A DNA stretch of 64,000 nt from Burkholderiales bacterium (GCA_026225235.1 JAMFSK010000087.1:4934-68933), one strand, 5' to 3'; positions 39,940-51,004 are shown, numbered from the stretch's first letter. Made by a program: numbers and translations. The notes: generated by a model from the letters alone, not told the origin.

Positions 39940-40584
39940 TCATTTACCCAAATTCCGCTCACAGTCTTCCCAATAAATCAGCGGATCACGATGCCGTGGG
40001 TACTGCGCATCGAGCCATGCAGACAATCGGGTCCAATCTGGATGATGAGTCCCGGTTTGCGCAGACCAGATCGACGATCTCTCAAGAATGTGTCCGTTCT
40101 GACGATCACGGACAAGCAAACTGCCGAGGCCGTTCAAGCTGTTTTCCTGCGATTCCACCGAATACCGCGGCAGAACCCGAAGTTCGGCATCCTCAGCCCA
40201 GCCATATAAGGCTCGCACGACGCCCGTGCCGTCCCGCAACTCGACCGGACCGCTTTGGGGTCTGACAGCAGCCCAGCCTTCAGGAAATTCGGCGACCGCC
40301 TCGTTCTTGGTCTCCCTCAGCCATTTCACGCGCCAAGCCTGTTCCATCGCTACGCGCATCCGGGTTACCGACTCGTAGCCAGCAGGCAACTCTATCGCCA
40401 AGGGCACAGTAACGAGGTTGTCTTTCCACAGTTTGGATTCGTCGTCGACGCGCTCCACCTTTTCGAACACGCCATCGTCGAACGGATTCGCCGGTCGGCT
40501 CGCCGATTTGGTGCTCGTACTATTCAGTCCTTCGAACAGATTCTCGGCATCTTGACGAGTGCGTTTGGGTTTTCCACTTTTCAT
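39940..40584 (-). CDS. Hypothetical protein
   Basis: 214-aa ORF from MKSGKPK with protein-like composition (Trp-rich); no motif recognised. Confidence 0.65.
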   Translation of the reverse strand: MKSGKPKRTRQDAENLFEGLNSTSTKSASRPANPFDDGVFEKVERVDDESKLWKDNLVTVPLAIELPAGYESVTRMRVAMEQAWRVKWLRETKNEAVAEFPEGWAAVRPQSGPVELRDGTGVVRALYGWAEDAELRVLPRYSVESQENSLNGLGSLLVRDRQNGHILERSSIWSAQTGTHHPDWTRLSAWLDAQYPRHRDPLIYWEDCERNLGK

Positions 40585-40646
40585 TGATCTCTCTGGCAAA
40601 AAAACGCTCTTACGAAAGCGCAATCTATATCGTTCGCGCGCCCGAA

Positions 40647-41552
40647 CTATTGCGCGAACCGGCTTGGCGAGCACCCCACCGCGCGTGTGAACGCCGTGGT
40701 GAAAGCGCTCGAAGACTGGAAGCCGACAGCAAAGGCGATCTCGCCGACGCTTTTCGTTCCCCGGATCAACTCATCCTTCGCTAGAGCCATCCGCCAGCGT
40801 AGCAGATACTCGATCGGCGCCATTCCTACGATCTTGCGAAATTTGACGGCAAAGGTGGACCGCGAGACAGCGCACAGTTTGGCCAACTCGTCAACGGTCC
40901 AATCGTATGCCACGTCCCGATGCATGGCAACGAGGGCTCGCGCCGTCACGCGATCTGCGAGGCCGGCGAGCACACCGGTAAACGCTTCGCCCACCTGCAA
41001 ACGCTTGGTCCGCAGGATTTCCACGAGGATCAGCTCGACCAGCCGCACGATAATGAATTCGCTGGCCGGTCCGGGCTCCCGCGCCTCCGCCTCGTTCATT
41101 GTCAACAATGAGCGCACACGACTTAACGATGCGTCACCGGCTTGGATGTGAACGAGTGCAGGAAGAAGGCCCGCCAGCAGATCTTCATTTGCCTCTTGCA
41201 CCAAAAATTTGCCTGCGTGCAGCGTGACTGGTCGATCCACACCCTCCCCTAGTTTCAACCAGTCGTTTTTCGTGGCTGCGACTGCCGTCTCGCTGTCTAC
41301 GGGCTCGACGCTGGAGTCCGAAGCCAGCGTGAATGGCGTGGAGGTATAAATCAGGGCGAAGTCGCCCCGCTTAAGGGACACGGGGGCGCAGCCCGGGCGA
41401 AACAACTGGCACTCGCCTCGTTCGACCCAGCAGAACAGAACGTCGTCCCGCTTCCGGAAAGACAGCCCCCACTGACCGCACGCATCAAGACCGCCTCCAA
41501 ACAATGCGGCGCGCGGCCGGAGCAAGCGGATGAGGTCGAGAAGAGGATCCAT
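40647..41552 (-). CDS. AraC-family regulator (cupin plus HTH)
   Basis: WTVDELAKLCAVSRSTF, YLLRWRM, VGFQSSSAFTTAF. Confidence 0.92.
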   Translation of the reverse strand: MDPLLDLIRLLRPRAALFGGGLDACGQWGLSFRKRDDVLFCWVERGECQLFRPGCAPVSLKRGDFALIYTSTPFTLASDSSVEPVDSETAVAATKNDWLKLGEGVDRPVTLHAGKFLVQEANEDLLAGLLPALVHIQAGDASLSRVRSLLTMNEAEAREPGPASEFIIVRLVELILVEILRTKRLQVGEAFTGVLAGLADRVTARALVAMHRDVAYDWTVDELAKLCAVSRSTFAVKFRKIVGMAPIEYLLRWRMALAKDELIRGTKSVGEIAFAVGFQSSSAFTTAFTRAVGCSPSRFAQ

Positions 41553-41698
41553 AAATCCTGGACGATACGTAACTTCTTAAGGGGCCTTGATTATATCCCG
41601 TGTGAATCTTGCCACCTATACTTCGAACCAGTTGGACGTCCAGTTCCCCGCCCCAACCACAGTCTCATGCAAGAAAACCTGAAGCTATTTAAGGATGA

Positions 41699-42052
41699 AT
41701 GATGAATACGGAAACCCTGGAGCAACGATGGACCGCTTACATGGCTGCCTTCGGCGCCGTTGCGGACGATGAACGCGAACGCCTGCTGGAAAGAAGTGTT
41801 TCCGAAGATGTCACATTTACGAACCCGGGCGGCGAAGGAAAAAGTCGCGTGAGCCTGGCGGCTCACATTGAGAAGTTTCAGAAGGCGAACCCGGGCGCAT
41901 ATTTCAGCACCGATAGGCTCCTCGCCCAACCTGATAAATTTCTAGCAATATGGTCCATGTACAAGCAGGACGGTACCAAAGTCGCCACGGGCTATAACTT
42001 TGTTCGCCCCGACCAGGATGGCCGGTTCAGCTATATGGCGGGCTTTTTCTAA
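41699..42052 (+). CDS. SnoaL/NTF2-like protein
   Basis: YMAAF...ERLLERSVSEDVTFTNP...DGRFSYMAGFF; divergent from AraC. Confidence 0.75.
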   Translation: MMNTETLEQRWTAYMAAFGAVADDERERLLERSVSEDVTFTNPGGEGKSRVSLAAHIEKFQKANPGAYFSTDRLLAQPDKFLAIWSMYKQDGTKVATGYNFVRPDQDGRFSYMAGFF

Positions 42053-42241
42053 GCTTCAGAGTTAGTCATGTGTTTGGCCGTTCGCGTTCGCCGCGGTGAC
42101 GCATGGCAGTTTTCAGATGTGGGGCCCACGCTCTCGCCCAGAGATCGAAGACGATAAAAGGTGTTAAGGGTCGGCCGACGTCTGCCCTTCCCTTGCTGCG
42201 GGAAAGTGACAGCGCCGATCCAGTACTTTGACATGCTTGCC

Positions 42242-43489
42242 TCACGACCTCGATAGATTGGGAATGGGTGCGACTGATTTGCGCAGGCCTTGCTTGAAGT
42301 ACCAGAGCGCGCCAATAATCTGAACGACGACAAGACCGAACCAGACAGTTGCATGCGCGGCTACCGGATAATGCCCGTCCACTACAGGCCAATGCCCGAG
42401 CGCAGCGCCGATCGTCGATTGCATCACGAAGATCAGCAAGAAGATCACGAGCGTAAACGTGGTGTTGACCCTGCCCTGCAGCCTTGGCGGAAAGTACGTC
42501 GCGAGCACCGAGTACGTCATGATCCCTGTGCCACCCAGTGCGCCATAAGCCGACCATAGCAAAAACTGCGGGATGGCAAGCTGTGCCGCAATCGCGATCT
42601 GCACGGCAACGAACGACACCATCGTCAATCCTGAGAACAGATACACGCTCAAGCCACGTCGCTCGAGGACTCGCGCCAATGCCCCAAAGCCGATCATCCC
42701 CGCGATGAAGGCGAGACCCATCACCGAAATCAGCGAGGCCGCTCGACTGGCTACATCGGGTGTACGAGGTAGTACATCGCGTAGGTACGCACTGGCCCAA
42801 AGCGATTGCATGGCGTAGAAGACGCTCTGCGTGAGAGACGAAAACGTAGCGGCTTTCCAGAAGGCCGCGCTGCGCAGAATGTGCGCGGTGCCTTTCAGCT
42901 GATCAAGCATCGTGGCATGACCACCCGGTTCGGGTTCTTTCGGGGCGAACAGCCCGATGAGCAACGCGACGGCGATGGTGACAATTGCCAAGCAGGCGCA
43001 TACCGAACGCCAGTCCGTCAGGGACAATATCCACGACAACGGTGTGCCAACAGCCACGCCTCCCAAGCCTCCGACCGCCATTACAAGCCCGTTGACCAAG
43101 GTGAGCTGGGACACCGCAAAATGCTGCGCATTCGCTTTGAACGCGGCCGCTAGGCAGACCGATACGCCGACTCCGATGAGAAGGCGTCCGACCATCAATG
43201 CAGCAAGGCTGTGCGAGTGGCCGAAAACCAATATGCCGATTGCGGCAATCAGCATGACGCACGCCGCCACCCGTCTGGCGCCGAAGTGATCGAGCAACAC
43301 CCCGGCTGGGAGTTGCGCCCCTGCAAATCCGAGAAAGTAGAGACTGGTCAGGCTTCCCAGGTTGGAGGTCGATAACCCGAGATCGCGGACCAGCGCGGGT
43401 GCAAACCCGATGTTGACACCGCGAAAGAGGTAAGAGACGAAGTATCCGAGTGAGAACACAACGAATACGCGCAGTTTGGTGGAGTTCAT
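42242..43489 (-). CDS. MFS transporter
   Basis: 12 TM; GVLLDHFGARR motif A. Confidence 0.9.
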   Translation of the reverse strand: MNSTKLRVFVVFSLGYFVSYLFRGVNIGFAPALVRDLGLSTSNLGSLTSLYFLGFAGAQLPAGVLLDHFGARRVAACVMLIAAIGILVFGHSHSLAALMVGRLLIGVGVSVCLAAAFKANAQHFAVSQLTLVNGLVMAVGGLGGVAVGTPLSWILSLTDWRSVCACLAIVTIAVALLIGLFAPKEPEPGGHATMLDQLKGTAHILRSAAFWKAATFSSLTQSVFYAMQSLWASAYLRDVLPRTPDVASRAASLISVMGLAFIAGMIGFGALARVLERRGLSVYLFSGLTMVSFVAVQIAIAAQLAIPQFLLWSAYGALGGTGIMTYSVLATYFPPRLQGRVNTTFTLVIFLLIFVMQSTIGAALGHWPVVDGHYPVAAHATVWFGLVVVQIIGALWYFKQGLRKSVAPIPNLSRS

Positions 43490-43590
43490 GAGGCAGTCTG
43501 GCAAGTTTTTGCAAATCCGGCTATGGTATATGCGACTGTTGCCCGCGTGTCGAGCCGGTGACGCAACAGGCGATCATCATCAGGAAAGCA

Positions 43591-44232
43591 ATGAAACAAC
43601 CTCTCAGAATTGACTTTGTCTCCGATATAGCGTGCCCGTGGTGTGCTGTCGGACTCTCATCGCTTCAACTTGCGCTCTCACGACTGGGCGATACCGTCGA
43701 TGCCGAATGGGTCATGCATCCCTTCGAACTGAATCCTCAGATGGGCGAGGAAGGTGAAGACCTCGTCGAGCACATCGCAAAGAAATATGGGCGCACGCCG
43801 CAACAGGTAGCCCAAGCGCAAGCCGACCTCCGCAAACGCGGTTTGGATGTGGGTTTCACCTTCGGCCAGCGCACACGCATCTATAACACCTTCGATGCCC
43901 ACCGTTTGCTGCATTGGGCCGGTCTCCAAGGCAAACAGATGGAGCTAAAAGAGGCGCTGCTGCAGGCTTATCACGGCGAGGGCAAAGCGCCCAGCAGCCA
44001 TAACGTTCTGGTGGAAGCGGTGGAATCCGCGGGACTCGACGGTGTCGCCGCGCGCGCTGTTTTGCAAGGGGACGACTATGCCAATGAGGTTCGTGCAGAA
44101 GAAGAGCAATACCAGGCGATGGGCATCAATTCCGTCCCCTCTATTATCTTCAACAACCGCTATTTGCTGACCGGCGCGCAACCCGTCGAAGCGTTCGAGA
44201 AAGCCATTCAACAGATTCTGGCCGAGGCGTAA
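43591..44232 (+). CDS. DsbA-family (FrnE-like) thiol oxidoreductase
   Basis: SDIACPWC, PFELNP, NTFDAHRL, SVP, GAQP. Confidence 0.92.
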   Translation: MKQPLRIDFVSDIACPWCAVGLSSLQLALSRLGDTVDAEWVMHPFELNPQMGEEGEDLVEHIAKKYGRTPQQVAQAQADLRKRGLDVGFTFGQRTRIYNTFDAHRLLHWAGLQGKQMELKEALLQAYHGEGKAPSSHNVLVEAVESAGLDGVAARAVLQGDDYANEVRAEEEQYQAMGINSVPSIIFNNRYLLTGAQPVEAFEKAIQQILAEA

Positions 44233-44315
44233 TTCGCCACACCAAGGCCGGGGCCGGGTCGGGCGGCAGGCCATTGGTCCCGCCGCGGTTTGCATGGACG
44301 CCCTACAAGCGCTTC

Positions 44316-45020
44316 TCAAAACGCATTGACTGCAGACGCGGGACAGTCATCCGCTTTACTGACTACTGGCACAAGCGCTGCACGAAGGTAGGCGTTTTCC
44401 GTACTGCGGATGTGCAATCGCAGTTCAATGCGGGCGTTCGCAATGTCGCCCTCGCGTACCAGGCTCAAGATGGCCGAGTGTTTCGCCATGCAGGCATCGA
44501 CGCGTTCGTCCTCGGTCGACAGGCGAGCGCGCAATGCCTTGATCTTGTCGCCTATCAGAAGATAGGCCTGTTGCAGACAATCGCTTTCGCAACACTCGAT
44601 GAGTGTTTCGTGAAACGTTGCGTCCTGCGCATGGAGCGGCGCGACCGAATGTTCATGTTTGGGCAAAGCGCGCAACGCGAGTGTTAGCTGCTGCGCAAGA
44701 AATGCCGCGTCGTTTCGCATTGCGAGCTCCAGCGCAGAAAGCTCGATGACCTCGCGGAATTGGCACATGTCGCGGATCTGATCTGCGGTCGGTTGAAACA
44801 CATACGTTCCCGCTTGGGGCCGGATATCCACCAAACCTTCGAACTTCAATTGCAGCAGCCCTTCCCGGACAGGTGTTTTGCTGATCCCAAGCTGCGCAGC
44901 CAATACATTTTCTGAAAGCTGCCATCCAAACGGGAGCGCGCCCGACACGATCGCCTCTCTGATGCGCTCCTTTGCCAGGGACGTCAGCGACTCCGGCCGG
45001 GTCGTCTTTCGGGCGTTCAT
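44316..45020 (-). CDS. GntR/FCD regulator
   Basis: LSENVLAAQLGISKTPVREGL plus FCD domain. Confidence 0.9.
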   Translation of the reverse strand: MNARKTTRPESLTSLAKERIREAIVSGALPFGWQLSENVLAAQLGISKTPVREGLLQLKFEGLVDIRPQAGTYVFQPTADQIRDMCQFREVIELSALELAMRNDAAFLAQQLTLALRALPKHEHSVAPLHAQDATFHETLIECCESDCLQQAYLLIGDKIKALRARLSTEDERVDACMAKHSAILSLVREGDIANARIELRLHIRSTENAYLRAALVPVVSKADDCPASAVNAF

Positions 45021-45109
45021 GATGACTCGGTCATAGCGGCGAGGTCGTGTTCAGATTGACTCTCCAACGGGTTCCCCGCCTGCGCGGATCATGCGGACAA
45101 GCGTGTCGA

Positions 45110-46696
45110 TCACGTCAGCACGCTGATCTGCCAAGGCACGAACTCCTGCTGCCCGTAACCATGGGTTTCGCTGCGCGAGGCCTTGCCAGAAGCGGTTTCG
45201 AGCATCATCCGGAACACTTGGGCACCGAGTTCCGTGATCGAAGCACCGCTGAGCACCTCTCCGCAGTTAAAGTCCATATCGTCAGACTGGCGTTCCCAAA
45301 GCGCAGTGTTGGTGGCGAGCTTCAAGGAAGGTGACGGTGCGCAACCATAGGCCGAACCGCGCCCAGTGGTAAAGCAGATCAGGTTGGCCCCCCCGGCAAC
45401 CTGGCCGGTCGCTGAGACCGGGTCGTAGCCCGGCGTGTCCATAAACACCAGCCCCCGGGCACTGACAGGCTGCGCGTATTCGTAGACATCGACGAGGTTG
45501 GTCGACCCGGCCTTCGTAATGCCGCCGAGCGACTTCTCAAGAATTGTCGTGAGGCCGCCCGCCTTGTTTCCCGCCGACGGGTTGTTGTTCATCGCAGCCC
45601 CCCCGCGAGCGCAATGTGCCTCCCACCAGCGGATGCGTTCGACAAGCTTATGTCCGATCTCTGCTGACGCCGCACGTCGGGTCAGCAAGTGCTCAGCACC
45701 GTAAATCTCGGGCGTCTCCGACAATATCGCGGTGCCCCCTTGTGCTACCAGCAGGTCGACCGCCGCGCCCAGCACCGGGTTGGCCGAAATGCCCGAATAG
45801 CCGTCCGAGCCGCCGCATTGCAGGCCGACCAGCAGATGACTTGCCGGCACGCTTTCGCGGTGAACCGTATTCGCCTCTGGCAGCATCGCGCGGATCAACT
45901 CAATGCCACGCGCGATGGTCCGCGTGGTGCCACCCGTGTCCTGAATCGTGAAGCTTCGCAGCCGGCCGTTGTCCTTCAGGCCCTGGGTCTCGAGAAGCTT
46001 CGCGATCTGGTTGGTCTCGCAGCCAAGACCGATCACAAGCACACCCGCAAAGTTCGGATGGCAGGCATAGCCCCCAAGCGTGCGCTGCAAGATCTTGAGG
46101 CCCTCTCCTTCTGAGTCGACTCCGCAACCGGAACTATGGGTGAGCGCAACGACGCCATCGACATTCGAGAACGCACCTAATGCTTCCGGATGAATGTCAC
46201 GTCGAAAATAGTCTGCGATCGCTCGTGCGACCGTTGCCGAACAGTTCACCGAGGTAAGCACGCCGATGTAGTTTCGAGTGGCAACCCGACCATCGTCGCG
46301 CACGATGCCCTGAAAGCTCGCGGGTTCGGCTGTATAGACGCTCGGCCGCGCATCCTGAGCATGCGCATAGTCGCGCGTAAAGTCGCCCATTGTCAGGTTG
46401 TGACTATGGACATGCTGACCTGCGCGAATCGCCTGGCTCGCGAAACCGATGATCTGCCCATAACGCCGTACGGGTTGCCCCGCCTCGATCGCGCGCGTGG
46501 CCATCTTGTGCCCGGGCGGGATCAGCCCCGACACGGTCACGCCTTCGCTAGCGATCAAGGTCCCCGACACCAGTTGGTCGATGGCGACGACGACGTCATC
46601 GACGGCATTCAGCCGGATGATGCGTGGGGGCGCAAGGAAACCTGGGCGTTCAAGCGAATCAATCTGTGTTGTCGTGTTCATGTCAGCCGCGTCCAT
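45110..46696 (-). CDS. UxaA/GarD-family sugar-acid dehydratase (SAF plus GD_AH)
   Basis: PPGHKMA, TRNYIG, GLGCE, QCGGSDGYSG, SETPE, NNPSAGNKAGGLTTILEKSLG, FTTGRG. Confidence 0.92.
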   Translation of the reverse strand: MDAADMNTTTQIDSLERPGFLAPPRIIRLNAVDDVVVAIDQLVSGTLIASEGVTVSGLIPPGHKMATRAIEAGQPVRRYGQIIGFASQAIRAGQHVHSHNLTMGDFTRDYAHAQDARPSVYTAEPASFQGIVRDDGRVATRNYIGVLTSVNCSATVARAIADYFRRDIHPEALGAFSNVDGVVALTHSSGCGVDSEGEGLKILQRTLGGYACHPNFAGVLVIGLGCETNQIAKLLETQGLKDNGRLRSFTIQDTGGTTRTIARGIELIRAMLPEANTVHRESVPASHLLVGLQCGGSDGYSGISANPVLGAAVDLLVAQGGTAILSETPEIYGAEHLLTRRAASAEIGHKLVERIRWWEAHCARGGAAMNNNPSAGNKAGGLTTILEKSLGGITKAGSTNLVDVYEYAQPVSARGLVFMDTPGYDPVSATGQVAGGANLICFTTGRGSAYGCAPSPSLKLATNTALWERQSDDMDFNCGEVLSGASITELGAQVFRMMLETASGKASRSETHGYGQQEFVPWQISVLT

Positions 46697-47885
46697 GGCG
46701 CTTGGTCATAAAGGAGTCGAACGCCAGCGCAAACAGCAGCACCAAACCTTTGATGACCAGCTGAATGAACGACGAGATGTTGAGAATGCTCATGCCGTTG
46801 TCGATGGTCGCCAGCAGGATCGCGCCGACGATTGCACCGGGAATGGTGCCGATTCCGCCCTTGAGCGCGGTTCCCCCAATCACGGCGCCGGCGATCGCAT
46901 CGAGTTCCATATACATGCCGGCGGTCGGTGTCGAAGCGCCGAGACGTGCTGTCATCAGCACGCCTGCGATACCGTACATGCTCCCCATCAGCATAAAGCC
47001 AATGTAGAGCTGGCGCGCTAGCGGGATGCCCGCCAGCACCGCGGCCTCGCGATTCGAACCCGTCAGATAGGCATTGCGACCGAACACGGTACGCGTCATC
47101 AACACCCACAGTACGATGCCGATCACCGCAACCCAGATCAACGCGGTCGGAATCCCGCGGAACCCCGCACACACCCAGATCAACAGGCCGATCGTCAGGG
47201 TCAGCGCGACGAGCTTGCACGCAAGCCGCAGCATGGTCGGCTTGCCGCCATGCAACCGGCTGACGCGATGCCTTCGTACGATATAGACCGCTGCCGCGAG
47301 ATAGGCGAGCACCAGAGCCACGATCGATGCAATGACCGGAACGAAGCCTTCGCTGATTGCCGAGAACGCAATCGACACCGGTGCGAGCGTCGCCGCGTCC
47401 GTCGCGTAGTAACCAATGCCGCGGAACGCAAGCAAGCCGGCCAAGGTCACAATGAACGATGGCACGCCCACCGTGACGACCCACACCCCTTGCCAGAGCC
47501 CCATCAATACACCCACGCCAATGGTCAACAGGATGGTCGGCAGGATGCCCATGCCGTGCGAGATCTGCAGACTCGCCGCGACCACCCCGCACAGGTAGAC
47601 GGAACTGCCGATCGACAAGTCGATCTCGCCCATGATCATCAGGATCGACACACCGGCCGAGACCAGTGCGACGATCGAAGCCTGTCGCAGGAGCAGCGAA
47701 AGATTGCGCGGAGTGAGAAAGATGTCACCCGAGGCGACGTTGAACACGATCGCGAGCAACACGAACACCACCACCATTGTGAGCGTGCGCGGGTTCATCA
47801 ACTGGCCCGCGCCGCGCCGTGCGCCGCCCGATGGCACAGCAGCTACCGGTGTCGCTACGGTGCCTGGCAAGGTCTGGTTTTTCAT
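46683..47885 (-). CDS. Sugar ABC permease (XylH-like)
   Basis: GEIDLSIGS, PSFIVTLAG, ELDAIAGAVIGGT. Confidence 0.92.
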   Translation of the reverse strand: MKNQTLPGTVATPVAAVPSGGARRGAGQLMNPRTLTMVVVFVLLAIVFNVASGDIFLTPRNLSLLLRQASIVALVSAGVSILMIMGEIDLSIGSSVYLCGVVAASLQISHGMGILPTILLTIGVGVLMGLWQGVWVVTVGVPSFIVTLAGLLAFRGIGYYATDAATLAPVSIAFSAISEGFVPVIASIVALVLAYLAAAVYIVRRHRVSRLHGGKPTMLRLACKLVALTLTIGLLIWVCAGFRGIPTALIWVAVIGIVLWVLMTRTVFGRNAYLTGSNREAAVLAGIPLARQLYIGFMLMGSMYGIAGVLMTARLGASTPTAGMYMELDAIAGAVIGGTALKGGIGTIPGAIVGAILLATIDNGMSILNISSFIQLVIKGLVLLFALAFDSFMTKRHGRG

Positions 47886-49496
47886 CTAGTGGATCTCTCC
47901 TGTCGCGGCCGCCATCAACTCGTGACGGCTGGCCTTACGGTCAAACGATCGCGTAATGCGGCCCTTGTACATCACCAGTACACGGTCGCTTTCGTCGAGA
48001 ATCTCGGTCATGTCGCTTGAAATCATGAGCACGGCGGTACCTTCCGCGGCCAGCTCGTGCAGAAGGCGATAGATCTCCTGTCGCGCTCCGATGTCCACCC
48101 CATAGGTCGGTTCGTCGACGATCAGGATGCGAGGGCGAATGGCGATCCAGCGTGCGAGCAGGACCTTCTGCTGATTGCCGCCGCTGAACCACTCGACCTT
48201 GGCGTCGAGCCGCGGTGGCCGCAAATCGAGTTTGCGAATCAGTTCACGGTTGCGCTCGATCTCGTCATGCTCGCGAATGAAAGGCCCGCTTGATACGGCC
48301 CGGATACTCGCCGCGCTGATGTTGTGCAGCACGCTGTGCCCCTCGATCAGACCGGTCTGCTTGCGGTCCTCGGTCAGCATGCCGATACCGAGAGCAATCG
48401 CTTCGCCAGGTGAGCGCGGACGTACGCGCTCACCGTCGATACGAATCTCGCCTTCGCACGCACCCGGCCACGCGCCGAAGATCGCTTTGGCCAGTTCGGT
48501 GCGACCCGCGCCGACGAGACCGAACAGACCGAGGATTTCGCCCCGGCGCAGCTCGAGACTCACGTTGTCGACGCGGCAGCGCCGTGAGCCAAAGCCTTCA
48601 TGAACCAACAGGTTCTCTACCGTCAGCACGGTGCCGGCGCGTTCGTTCAGCGCGCGCGGCGGGCTCGGCTCGGGATCACGTCCGATCATGGCGCGGACCA
48701 TATCCGGGATATTGTCCTGTGTGGACGCGAAGTGTTCGACCACGCGGCCGTTGCGCATCACCACGATCCGGTCGGCCACCTGGGCGATTTCGTCGAGCCG
48801 GTGGGTAATGTAGATGCAGCCGACGTTCTGTGCCTTGATCTGTGCGAGACGCTCGAACAGATGCACCGCTTCGCCCTGCGTCAGCGAGGCCGTCGGCTCG
48901 TCGAAGATCAGCACGCGGGTAGCCGCCTTCGACAGGGCCGACGCAATCGTCACCATCCGCTGGGCCGATGGACTGAGCTCGCCGACCGGCGAGTTCGGGT
49001 TCGCCTGCACGCCGAAAAACGCCAGCCGCTCCGTTGCAATCGCGAACAGCTTCGCCTCGTCGACGAAACCATGCCGCGATGGCAGCATCCCCATGAACAT
49101 GTTCTCGGCGATGCTCAGGTTCGGTGCAATATGCAGCTCCTGCGGCACCAGTACGATGCCCGCGGCCTCCGCGTCTCGCACCCTGCGAAAACGCGCGGGC
49201 TGGCCGTCGATCAGCAGTTGGCCCTGGTAGCTGTCGGCCGGGTAGACGCCCGAGATAATCTTCATCAGCGTCGACTTGCCCGCGCCGTTTTCACCGATCA
49301 CGGCGACGACTTCACCCGGCCGAACATTGAAACTCACATCGCTGAGCGCGGGAATGCCGCCGAACGATTTGCCGACCTGATGCAGTTCGAGCGCATAGCC
49401 TTCGCGAGCGGCCACGGCCGCGGCGATGGCACTCCCCGCCTCGTGAGGCTGCGCGGAATCAAGCGGTTGCGGATCGCACCACATGGGTTGGCTCAC
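47886..49496 (-). CDS. Sugar ABC ATPase (tandem NBD, XylG-like)
   Basis: GENGAGKS, DEPTASL, SGGNQQK, DEPTYGVD. Confidence 0.92.
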   Translation of the reverse strand: MSQPMWCDPQPLDSAQPHEAGSAIAAAVAAREGYALELHQVGKSFGGIPALSDVSFNVRPGEVVAVIGENGAGKSTLMKIISGVYPADSYQGQLLIDGQPARFRRVRDAEAAGIVLVPQELHIAPNLSIAENMFMGMLPSRHGFVDEAKLFAIATERLAFFGVQANPNSPVGELSPSAQRMVTIASALSKAATRVLIFDEPTASLTQGEAVHLFERLAQIKAQNVGCIYITHRLDEIAQVADRIVVMRNGRVVEHFASTQDNIPDMVRAMIGRDPEPSPPRALNERAGTVLTVENLLVHEGFGSRRCRVDNVSLELRRGEILGLFGLVGAGRTELAKAIFGAWPGACEGEIRIDGERVRPRSPGEAIALGIGMLTEDRKQTGLIEGHSVLHNISAASIRAVSSGPFIREHDEIERNRELIRKLDLRPPRLDAKVEWFSGGNQQKVLLARWIAIRPRILIVDEPTYGVDIGARQEIYRLLHELAAEGTAVLMISSDMTEILDESDRVLVMYKGRITRSFDRKASRHELMAAATGEIH

Positions 49497-50536
49497 TTGC
49501 AGGGGGATTTACCTGCGCCGTACACCTCGTCCGCTGTGACCCATCCCTTGGGCGCGCCGGTCGTGATGAACTTGCATAGACTGTCTTGCGTGACGGCATA
49601 GACGTTGACCAGATGTGTCGGCACGGCGCCAGCGCCAAGATCCACCTCAGTTGTGGAAATGGCGGGCTTCTGCTTCCTCGCCAACGCAACGGCAGCCTTG
49701 ACTGCCGAGGTGCCCTCTTCATCAAGATCGGTCCAGACCGACATGGTCTGTACACCTTGCGCAATCAACTGGAGTGCCGATGGGTCCGCGTCGAGTCCCG
49801 ACAGATAAACCTTGCCTGCCAGGTTGCGCCCCTTGAGTGCTTGTGCCACCCCAAGCGCCATGCCGTCGTTCGAGGTCACAAAACCGTCGACCTTGTCGTT
49901 CTGCGCGCTCAGCACGTTCTCCGCATTCGACAGTGCGAGCTTCGGATCCCAGCCGCGTACAAACTGGTTGAACACGACCTTAACGTCCTTGTTCTGCACC
50001 AGCAACTTGTCATATTGCTTGCTGATGGTCTGTGCGACGTCATTGCCCGGGTCACCCTTCATGAGCGCGAAGGTACCGTGGGGTGCCTTTTCCAGTGCGC
50101 CTTTGGCCTGCAGTTCGCCCACTAGTGCATTGTTGCGCACCACCAGATAGTCGAGCTTGGCAGTCCCTACACCGATGTCATAGGCCACGACCGGTACACC
50201 GGCTTGTTGCGCAGAATTCACGATTCGCCCGGCCGCTTCGCTGTCGACCGGCACGATGATCAGGGCATCCGGCTGCTGGCTCAGCAGGTTTTCGACCTGC
50301 GAGGCCTGCAGGCCTGGATTGTCGTTGGCCCATTGCACGATCAGCTTGGCGCCCAGGGCGGTGGCTTCGCGCTGCATGGCGGCAAGGTCGAAAGCCCAGC
50401 GGCGCTGAACCTGTGTCTTCATCGCGACGGCGATCACCGGATGTGCGGCGTCGGCGTGAGCCGGGCCGCTCGACAGGGTCGCTGCCATCAGCATGGCTGC
50501 CGAAAGGATCTTGAGCAGGGGTGTGGGGTTATGCAT
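49493..50536 (-). CDS. Sugar ABC substrate-binding protein (XylF-like)
   Basis: Signal peptide ending AHA; RWAFD, PVVAYD, SNDGMA, SGLDAD; start MHNPTP. Confidence 0.9.
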   Translation of the reverse strand: MHNPTPLLKILSAAMLMAATLSSGPAHADAAHPVIAVAMKTQVQRRWAFDLAAMQREATALGAKLIVQWANDNPGLQASQVENLLSQQPDALIIVPVDSEAAGRIVNSAQQAGVPVVAYDIGVGTAKLDYLVVRNNALVGELQAKGALEKAPHGTFALMKGDPGNDVAQTISKQYDKLLVQNKDVKVVFNQFVRGWDPKLALSNAENVLSAQNDKVDGFVTSNDGMALGVAQALKGRNLAGKVYLSGLDADPSALQLIAQGVQTMSVWTDLDEEGTSAVKAAVALARKQKPAISTTEVDLGAGAVPTHLVNVYAVTQDSLCKFITTGAPKGWVTADEVYGAGKSPCK

Positions 50537-50674
50537 GGTTGTCTCCTTACAGCGTCGGTTGTTTTTAGTCAGACGTCTTCGCAACACACCTACAGTCTTG
50601 TCAAATACTTCGTCGATTGCCCGGCCCCGCACATTGCACACACGCGATGCGTCTCGCCAGACTCGAACCAAGAC

Positions 50675-51004
50675 TCACGGCTTTAAAAACACACTCTCGA
50701 GTCGGGCCCACCACTCGCCGGACTGGCGAGTTTCGAGCGGAACCTGCATGGGTTCACACAGCGTCCACCAGTCCTGCATGCGTGACTCCTCGGCAAGCCT
50801 GGCCTGGTCGGCCGCGAAATCAGTGCCGTGGTACTCCCAATAGGCGAACAGCAGGTTCTCGGGTTCCTTGAGGAAAATCGAGTAGTTGCGGATGTTGGCC
50901 GCGGAAATGATCTCGATGATCTCGGGCCAGGTCTCGCGATGCAGCCGCTTGTACTCGGGCAATGCTTCGGGCTTGATGCCGAGTACGAAAGCCATTCTTT
51001 CCAT
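50675..51004 (-). CDS. rhaM: L-rhamnose mutarotase-family protein
   Basis: EYKRLHRETWPE, IRNYSIF, LFAYWEY, MQDWW. Confidence 0.85.
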   Translation of the reverse strand: MERMAFVLGIKPEALPEYKRLHRETWPEIIEIISAANIRNYSIFLKEPENLLFAYWEYHGTDFAADQARLAEESRMQDWWTLCEPMQVPLETRQSGEWWARLESVFLKP

